From the NCBI GenBank assembly GCA_013239625.1, contig MU056050.1, forward strand, positions 5,341,366 to 5,405,365: a DNA stretch of 64,000 nucleotides, given 5' to 3'. Below the pieces are notes generated by a model. It saw only the letters and a program-made list of their open reading frames with translations, did no database searches and was not told where the DNA came from. Of the stretch, positions 54,079-64,000 are shown piece after piece. Numbering within the stretch: position 1 is the stretch's first letter; the number at the start of each line of letters is the position of its first letter. The DNA is from Lama guanicoe (taxonomy: Eukaryota). A program made the position numbers and the translations under genes.

Positions 54079-55551
54079 TGAAAAAGAAATTGACAAAACA
54101 TGTCAATTTATAGTAACATCAAAAAGAATAACAACAAAAAAAATACTTAAGAATAAATTTTACCAAGGAGGCACAGAGTTATACACAGAAAACTACAAAA
54201 CGCTGCTGTAAAAAATATGTAAATAAATGAAAATATATCTTGCCTGCATGAACTGAAGTATTTAGTATCATTACAATAACTATATTACCCAAAGTGATAT
54301 ACAAATTCAACACAATTCCTATTAAAATCTTGGTGGTGTTTCTAAAGAAATGGAAATACCTATTCTAAAATTCATTAAGGAATTTAAAGCAACTTCAAAT
54401 AACCAAGACAACCCTGAAAAAGTAGAACAAAATTGAAAGGCTCACAGTTACCCATGTCAAAATTTACCACCAAGCTACAGCAATCAAGCAATGTGTTAGT
54501 GGCTTAAGGACAGGCTTATATTTCCATGAAACAGAATTTAGATTTAAGAAATAAACCCATGCATACATATTCAACTGATTTTCTTCTAGGGTGCTAAGAA
54601 TATACAATCACTAAAGAACAGTGTCTTCAAATGGTCTTAGGAAAATTAGATGGCCACATGGAAAAGAATAAAGTTAGGTATTTATCTTACAGCATACAAA
54701 AATGAGCTTAAAATGGATCAAAAACTTAAATTTAAGAGCTGATATTGTAAAATTCTTGGAATAAAACATAAGGGCAAATATTTTTGACCTTTAACTTGAT
54801 AATGGTTTCTTAAATGTGACATCAAAAGTACATATATTCAATATCTTGTAGTAGCTCACAGTGAAAAAGAGTATGAAAATTAATATATGTATATTCGTTT
54901 ATGACTGAAGAATTGTGCTGTACACCAGAAATTGACAGAACACTGGAAACTGACTATACCTCAATTTAAAAAAAAGTACATGCAGTAAAATAAAACATTG
55001 ATAAATTGGACTTCATTAAAACTGAAATCTCTTGTGCATCAAAGGACGTTACTAATAGAGTGAAAAGCTGATCCAAAAAATGGGAAAAGAAAATCCACAT
55101 ATATGATGATGGCTTGATAGCCAGAATGTATAAAGAAACGTGACAAGCCAACAACAAAAATACAAACAATCCAATTTAACAATGAGCCAAGGACTTGAAT
55201 AGACATTTCTCCAAAGATATACAAAAGACATAAATACATTAAAAGATGCAGAGTATCACTAATCATTGGAGAAGTGCAAATCAAAACATGAGGTACCAGT
55301 AAACCCACTTTAGAATGGCAATTATTCAAAACCAGGAAAAACCTAGTGTAGGCAATGATATGAAGGAAAAGGAACCCTCATAATTTACGATTGGGAATGT
55401 AAAACAGTGCAGCTGCTCAGAAGCATTTTACTAGTTCTTTAAAAATTTCAACATAAAATTAACATATGACCCAGAAATTCCAATCTTAGCTATATACCCA
55501 AAAGAGGGGAAAGCAGAGACAAATAAATACTTGTATATCAAAATTCAAAGC
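54079..55551 (+). mobile_element. L1MB-like ORF2, ending abruptly at the pseudogene 3' flank
   Basis: tacacagaaaactacaaaacgctgctg...catatgacccagaaattcca...aatacttgtatatcaaaattcaaagca. Confidence 0.85.
54834..54971 (+). mobile_element. Short younger L1 3' end
   Basis: Perfect 10-bp TSD aaaagtacat (54824-54833, 54972-54981); same family terminus as 43245-43394. Confidence 0.85.
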
Positions 55552-55688
55552 AAAGTGCCACCAAGAATGAACCGAAACCCAAAATGGCCAAACATTTTTA
55601 TTGAACATCTTACCCAAGGAATGATATCACCTCCCATTGGTTTCCCTGTGATCTGACATTTTGAGGTGTTGCCAGTGTTCTTCATTTC

Positions 55689-56810
<1,122 letters not shown>

Positions 56811-57436
56811 GTCTAAAGCATGTTCTTCCAAACTTCAACAGAATAAAGAACACTTAGCTACATTGTGAGATGACAGGCACCTCTAGAAGTTTAACAGCCA
56901 CAGATTCCAAAGTTCTCAGGTTGTCACTCAGGTGGAGCGAGCAGGCTGTCCCCAATGCCCCAGAACACTATGTCCTGAACCCATGAATCTTGTCCCTTCT
57001 CAGGCAGCCCAGGGCCTGCTGAGGCAATTTAGTGGTGACTGTCCCCTATGTAATAATCTAACCAAGGTAATGATCATGCTCAGAGAGCATCAGAGGGTAT
57101 TTAAGGGGTGGGGTCCTGAGCCACCAGCACTTCCTGCTAGGTAAGACAGGAAGCAAAGGAAGACTATGCTTACAAGCAGCACTGGTAAGTCTGCGAACAT
57201 GAAGCAGAAACCTAACTTCAGTACCAAGTGAAGCTACCGCCATGGCCTTAGCACAGAGAACTGATTTCTCTACCCCATTTAGCTGATGTTTGTGGGATGA
57301 CTAAAATACCCTTCCTTTTTGGAAGGGGAGAAACTAAGCACCAGATATAGATCTGGATCCCAATAGGGATGCCTGCAAATCAGTCCCAGCAGTTACTCAA
57401 AACATCTGTCTTTTCCCCCCTCCATACAATTATTCT
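56811..57436 (-). promoter_or_regulatory. Duplicated ACTRT1 upstream region of the pseudogene
   Basis: Alignable to 34685..35328. Includes identical 28, 21, 29 and 17 bp blocks, and CCCCACCCC plus TTAAATA (57098-57113). Confidence 0.6.
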
Positions 57437-58622
57437 TAAACAACTTTATTGAGATAAATTTCATATACCATATAATTCACTCATTTGAAGTGTATACTGC
57501 ACTTTTTTTCTAGATTCACGGATATGTCCAAACATCACAAATATCAATTTTGAATATTTTCATCACTTCAAAAAAGAATTTCATACATACCCTTGGCCAA
57601 CAATCCATATTCAGACCATTCCCCCAAGCCCTAAGCAACCACTAATACATTTTTTTCCCTTTATGGATTTACTACTTTTGCATGTTTCTTACAAATGGAA
57701 GCATAAGATAGGTGGCCTTCTGTGCCTGGTTTTATTCAATTCACATACTGTTTTTGAGGTTCATCCATTGTTTGGATATAGCACATTTTCTTTTTCCATT
57801 TATCAGTTGACACACATTTGGAATTTTCACATCTTTAAATTCATTAATATGCTGCTAGAAACAATCTTGAATGTTTTTGCAAGGACTTATGTTTTCTTTT
57901 CCCTTGGTCATATACCTAGAAATGGAAAAGTTGACTCATAGAGTAGCATGATGTTTAATCATTTCAGGAACACTTAGTCTGTTTTCCAAATTATCAGGCA
58001 TTTTACATCCCAACCAGCACTGTAGGAGAGTTCCGAAATTTTCACATGGTTGACAAAATTAATTAGTATCTGACTTTTTAATTCTAGGCATCATAGCAGA
58101 TGTGATATGTGACATCACAATGTGGCTTTGACTTTTGTTTCCTTGCCAGCTAATGATGTAGAGAATCTTTTCATATGTTTTTTTGGTCACTAGTATATTT
58201 TATTTGGAGAAATATCTATTCAGTTGTTCAGTCCATTTTAAAATTAGTTAACATTTTTATTATTGAGTATTGACAGTTCTTTACATATGCTCGATAGTAG
58301 TACCTTATCAGATATACGGTGCTCAAATACTTCCTCCATTCTGTGGGTAGCCTTTTCACTTTCTTGATAGTGTCTTTTGAATCACAAGCATTTTAAATTT
58401 GATGAATTAGAATTTATCTATTCTACCTTTTCTTGCTAGTGCTATTTTTATCATATCTAAGAATCTATTGCCAAATTGGAGTTCATGAAGATTTATTCCT
58501 ATGTTTTCTTCAAAGAGTTTTACAGTTTTAAATCATACATTTAGGTCTTAATTCATACTTATTTAATTTTTGTATATGGTGTGAGGTAAAGTTACAGCTT
58601 TATTACTTTGCATGTGGCTATC
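57437..58622 (-). mobile_element. L1MB-like 3'UTR and ORF2 end
   Basis: aacaactttattgagataaatttcatatacc...ccccaagccctaagcaaccactaat...ttgcatgtggctatc. Confidence 0.85.
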
Positions 58623-58624
58623 GT

Positions 58625-59690
58625 GAATACAGTAATGTATAAATAATATTACATACCATGACCAAGTGGAACTTATTTCAGCAACGTACATTTGGTTCTG
58701 TCAACTAAAAATTGACACTTGCTATCTACCTCTATAAGGATTAAGTCACAAATCACTGTAGCCACTGAACTCCAACACACCCTGAAAGGAGTTCAGGATG
58801 GAGATCAGGAACTAGGCACTCTGTGCTCTTGGAAAAACTGGCAGAAAAGGCCCTCAAGTAGTTAAGACATTTTCTGGAGATGTCTTTATGAGCCCAAATT
58901 CTTGTGTCTTCTCATCTCTAGAAAAGTACTAAAATCATTAATGGAGATGCCTGTTCCTTGTGACTAGCAGCAACTTTCAGGTGACTAGCAGCATTCCTCT
59001 GCCAAAATGTCTGAAGGCCTGCACATCCACCTTCACTAAAATCATCTATATTACTGACCTTCCCCCTACCTCCTCAGAGCCATCTGAGACACTCTCCTGG
59101 GCTATAGTCCTCATTCTGCCCCAAGTAAAACTTAATTCACAAGTTTCATGTTGTGTATTTATTCAGTCAACAGGCCAAAATGAGGAAATCAATCAATATA
59201 ATGTATCATATTAATAGAATAAAAGACAAAAATCATATAATCATCTCAATACACAGCAAAAAAGCATTTACTAAAATCCAATGTCCTTCATGATAGAAAC
59301 ACTCAAAAATGAGTAACAGACGTGAACTTCCTCAACCTCATGAAGAGCATCTGTGAAAACACCCACAGCTAGAATTGTATGTAGTAGAGATGGCTTCCTT
59401 CCCCCATGTCAGGACAGAACAAGATTGCCACTCTCACTACTCTTTTTCAGTATTATACTGCACATTGAACCAGGGCTATTAGTCAAGAAAATAAACTGAA
59501 AGCCATACAGGTTGGAAAGAAAGTAAAATTATATAAATTTTCAGATAACACAGTCTTGCATATATAAAATCCAAAGGACTCCACCCGCCCCAAAAAAACC
59601 CAGCAGTGCTGTAGAATAAGAAAATACATAAAAAATTTTCTTTTTATACAATAGTAACGAACAGCCTGAAAATGGATATACAAGCAGGGA
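58625..59690 (+). mobile_element. L1 ORF2 (RT) segment interrupted by an LTR
   Basis: catgaccaagtgg...aatcatataatcatctcaata...ttcagataacacagtcttgcatat. Confidence 0.78.
58699..59172 (+). mobile_element. Solo ERV1-class LTR (MER34/39-like)
   Basis: TG...CA termini (tgtcaact...agtcaaca), gctatagtcctc...ccccaagtaaaacttaattcaca; L1 resumes on both sides. Confidence 0.7.
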
Positions 59691-59766
59691 TAGAAGGGTT
59701 TCAACCAGAAGAGAAAAGAACATAAACAGAGACACTATGTTAGGTAGGTGTTGTGACAATTTGCAG

Positions 59767-62700
59767 TGTAGCAGTAAATGCTGTCTTGAACTGCCTAGTT
59801 CCCACCCTTCAGGACTCTGCAAGGAATATTATAAGCTGACAAAGAGACCATCACTTTTGCACTTATCACCTTCCATTGACTTTCTCCAATGCAATGATGT
59901 CACTCAGCAGGAGTCATCAAATGCCATTGTCCTTGTAATTACTACTTTCCCAAACCTCTCAAACCTCCGAGATACAGCACCCACTAGTGTATTCCATCTC
60001 ATTAGTATATTGATGACTCACGGCCAAGGATCTCTCCAGATATTGTCCTCAGCTAATGAGAGCTACCTTGCCTCATGTTTGTGTTTTCTCCCCAAGGGCA
60101 GCCCACATTCAATGACTTAGCCAGTGATGGAGACATTTTCCTAGACTCCTTGGTTCATCTTGTAAGACCTCTGAAAGCTTATCCCAGGTCAAGAGCTCCC
60201 CATGGGATTAGCAGAAGCTTGATATTCAGATGTACCACAGTTCAGCCCAGTTTTGCTTCTCTCACTCCCTTCCAGGTATTGTTGCCAATAGCACTCAACA
60301 ACGCAGTTCTGCATACGAATACCTGTCTTAATGTTTATATTCTAAGAAACGGAACATTAAAGAATTGGCCTCGGGAGTGATCTGAGAAAGCAGAATCTAA
60401 ATTGGAATTGTGGATCTAAATAATTCACTGGCCAGGGGGCAAGAAAGACCCCACAGAAAGTATCTGGCAGACTCTAGAGAGGCAATTGTAAAAGAAAATA
60501 AGTATCACCAGAGTTGAGCTGGAATCAGTATACTAATGAGAAGAAATACATTAGTAGGTGCTGTATCTCAGAGGCTTGAGACATTTTGAAAAGTAGTCAT
60601 TACAAGGACAATGGAATTTGATGGCTCCTAGTGAGTGACATCGCTGCATTAGAGAAAGATAATGAAAGGTAATTAATTGACAATATAACGCAAAGTACAG
60701 AAGTGAGGGCCCCCTTTTCACTTTCTAAAGAGACTCTCATTTCTAAAAGCCACAAGGCAGAAATAAGTGAGAATTAGGTTCAGAATTTAATTATAAGGAT
60801 ATCTGAGCTCTGATACATTTGAATTCTCAGCCCTAGAATGGCAGCTATGTTAGACCAGGGGCATGTTTTGAAAGAAGTGGGATCCTGAGATATAAAATGG
60901 AAAATGTAAGGAAATGCATCTAAAAATCTTAAATCACCAGATTGCACTGAAACCTTTGATTCTGCCAGAGTTGGTCCATTGCTCTCTGTCAAAGGCTAGC
61001 ACCTTTCCCTTTAAGATGATGTACAGCTCTCTGCATTAGAAAACCACAAGTGTCCATTCAGTATTTATCTACATTACTGCTTCAGGCCACCATACAAATA
61101 ATTATAGTCAAGTCACAAAAGAATTGGTCCAAGAAATGGTTGAAGTACTAAGACCAATGTTAACAACATGGCAATAACTTTGGAAGGTGGTGCTAATGTA
61201 CTTCAAGGACGGCTCTTGGAAGTTTGGCAAATGTGATGGCGCACACCAAATAATACAGAAATGAATTTCTATGTCAGACAGTAGAAAAGGGGATTGAAAG
61301 TTTTAGAAAAGTAGACCTTTCAAAGTATGTATACCACATAAGGATGAAAAGAATCCTGACAAATAACCATGTTCTCTGGGAGGGCTTCGTTTTTGAAAAT
61401 AATGAATCTACGAGTAAGAGGAGCACCAGCACAGTTGCTAATTTCGTAGCTGTCCTCCCTAGGCCATGGCTGATAGTAGGAGATGCTATTACAGCATGGT
61501 GCTCCCCAATAGCAAGGCCAATGATAGGACTATGAAATAATAAGGGCTAGGTGATGGCAATTATACGTAAGAAGCAGTGTAGGCAAAATCAGGATAATGA
61601 AGAGCAAGTTAATAGCAGCACCCAGAGAAGCTCGACCCCAAAAGAGCTGTAAGATGAGTAATAAAACATAGACTCCCCAGGGGCAAGTTTGGTAGGTAAA
61701 CAAAAAGATATTGTTGACTCTCTATTATTTAGATATATCAAGAATGGGTCATCAGGAGGCTGACAGTAGTGACTTCTTAAAAGCCTCAATTCATTGCCCA
61801 ATTTCCTGTGTTTAGACCCAGATTCACAAAGTCCAGGAAACGCTGGCTCTGCTTGAGGAAAATGCTGCAAGCCCATGGTAAGTGCATATACAGTGATAAT
61901 TTCTCTGTTTTCCCAAATGGACTTGCAATCATTTTTTAAACAACTTAAAATTGGGAAACTAAAATACTTTTTCAAGATTAAAAGACAGAACCTCTAAATT
62001 GATATTGATACAGAGACCTCTCTAGGTTTCAGTAAGGGTGTGCAGACAGTTCTGGCACAAGTTCCAGCTCACTGTGAGTCCATTTAGCCATTCAACGATA
62101 CATTAGTCAGAAACCAGTGCCCAACTACATATTGGGCAGACATATTCGGCAATTAAAGGAACCCTCACATGGCTTATTTCACCAGTGAAGTAAAACCAAA
62201 TCCAATGGGGACAGTCAAGAGAGAACCTCCGAAAGGGGCCCCCTCACTCTGGCAAGTATAGTAAATGTCCTCCCTTCCCCAACAAATGTCATTCTAAGGA
62301 ACTGACATTGCAAAGATTAGTGTCGCGCTTAAAATACAGGAGTAGTGATATTCCCACTTAAATTACTAGTCTGGCCCATACAAAAAAACAAATTGGCCCT
62401 AGAAGATGACTGCTAGAGTTGGAATACAACAAACTCAATCAAGTGTAGTCCCAAATGCATTTACTGTATCTGATATAGAATCTTTCCTAGACTAGATTAA
62501 CATGGTCTGACATGCATTATATACAGTCACTCATCTGGATGTGATCTTTCCAACTCCATCAGTAGAAGTGTTAAAAGCCATCTTCATTCACATAGGAAAA
62601 AACAACATCCATAGACATATGTCTCGTAACTTCTGTCGTAATACAGTACTAAGAGATCTACACTGTACACTTTGCAGTAAACCACACTGACTTACTATAC

Positions 62701-64000
62701 TTATTACATACATCCCTCATGTTAACGAGAACAAATGTACAAGAAGTAGCATCTAGTTGTAGGTCTTAAAAAGACACGTGAGCTCCACAGGCTAGCAAAT
62801 AAACACTCTAAAGATTCAGTGGCCTGAAACGTCAATGAAATTTTTAGATATTAAGTGGTCTGAAGCATGCCAAGTCATCCCGTCCAACATTCACCATGAA
62901 GGAAAAAAGATAATACATGGCAGTCTTCTGGGTACACTATATTTCCATGCCTGTAGATTCTGCACAAATCCATTTTCCTAGTAACACAAAAAAGTGACAG
63001 CTTTCATTAAAACCCAGATGAGGAAAAAGTCAAACACTGGGTCTAAGTTGCAGAACAAGATATCCTCCTACATCTTGCATGTGATTCAACAAGTCCAACA
63101 TACTCATACGTGGTAAGAAAATATGCTATACAGCATTTATGGAAAACTCCAATTGAAAAATACCGATGGAAACTCTCAGAGTTCTATAGTAAAACCAAGC
63201 CTTCCCTGGTAGAGACTATATACTATTCAAAACACTGTTTCCGGAATGCTATTTGGATGTGTCAAAAACAGAGCACTTGAGAATGGAGCACAAACTGATC
63301 ATGCTGCCAGAACTACCCAACAGGACTGGGCTTCTGTCAGACTCACCAAGTCATAAGGTCAGGAGGCTCCAATAGCAATCCATTTAAAATTACAGTAGTA
63401 TAATCTAAGATTATATATATGAAGGGCCAGAGGACACAGGTGATTTGTACAATCAGGTACTCCAAATCTCAATGTCATAGATAAATGTTACAATAGCATT
63501 TCTCTTTAGCTCACACCTATGAACACATTGGTATGGATTTCCATATGGCAAACTGGCAGAGGATGCAAAAGGCTGAGATCACCTAATGAATAGAGAAGCT
63601 TGCTACATGGATAAAACAAACAAAAAAAGTATGTTCAGCACTACAACCCAATTCAGTCCTTGAACATAATGAGTGAAGTTAAATCATCTCAGTGAGGAGA
63701 GGTTCAAATAATATTCCTGGTCAACCACTTGTTTGGAAAGTGATATGGTCTGAGAATATAATACATACAGATTTATGAGCAGTGACCAATGAATTGGACA
63801 GTAAGTCAAGGGACTGGAAGAAATAAGATTGAAAGATCTTTGGAAGGACACAGAGAAGGAGCATGTAGGTGGACCTATGGGAATGAAAACAAAGTGAGTA
63901 GCATAATGGCAGTGATGGAAATTAAGCAAGGATTCAATGTTATGGGCTTCTGTTCTTCAAAGGTAATCTAACAAATGCTGCTGCCAAATATCCGATCTGG
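59767..64000 (+). mobile_element. Degraded ERVL provirus (LTR16-like 5' LTR to about 60363, then gag/pol internal; ERV3-16A3-like)
   Basis: gag-like ggacaatggaatttgatggctcc...ttagagaaagataatgaaagg; RT-like gtctggcccatacaaaa and aaactcaatcaagtg; KIQWPETSMKFLDIKW at 62811-62858; RNase H-like IHTDL*AVTNEL near 63762. Many stops and frameshifts. Confidence 0.78.

Overview
AT-rich, repeat-dense mammalian genomic DNA; three Vic-1-type tRNA-derived SINEs point to a camelid. The only supported protein-coding gene is intronless ACTRT1 (actin-related protein T1, 33551..34684, minus strand, 377 aa), which together with the high LINE-1 density fits the X-linked ACTRT1 gene desert (inference). About 22 kb upstream, in the same orientation, is a disabled second copy (55689..56810). 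It arose by DNA-level duplication: the copies share about 630-650 bp of upstream sequence, an L1 insertion at the same relative position, and sequence beyond the poly(A) signal. Five upstream blocks (17-30 bp) are still almost identical between copies although the duplicate's coding region has decayed. The rest is mostly L1 fragments, MaLR/ERVL/ERV1 LTRs, a degraded ERVL provirus (59767 to end), a near full-length Tigger1, MER58A and MIRs. A perfect 50-bp palindrome lies at 17938..17987. Repeat subfamily names come from recalled consensus sequences and many boundaries are approximate. I see no evidence for a new multi-gene system; the best leads are the ACTRT1 duplicate, its retained promoter blocks and the palindrome.
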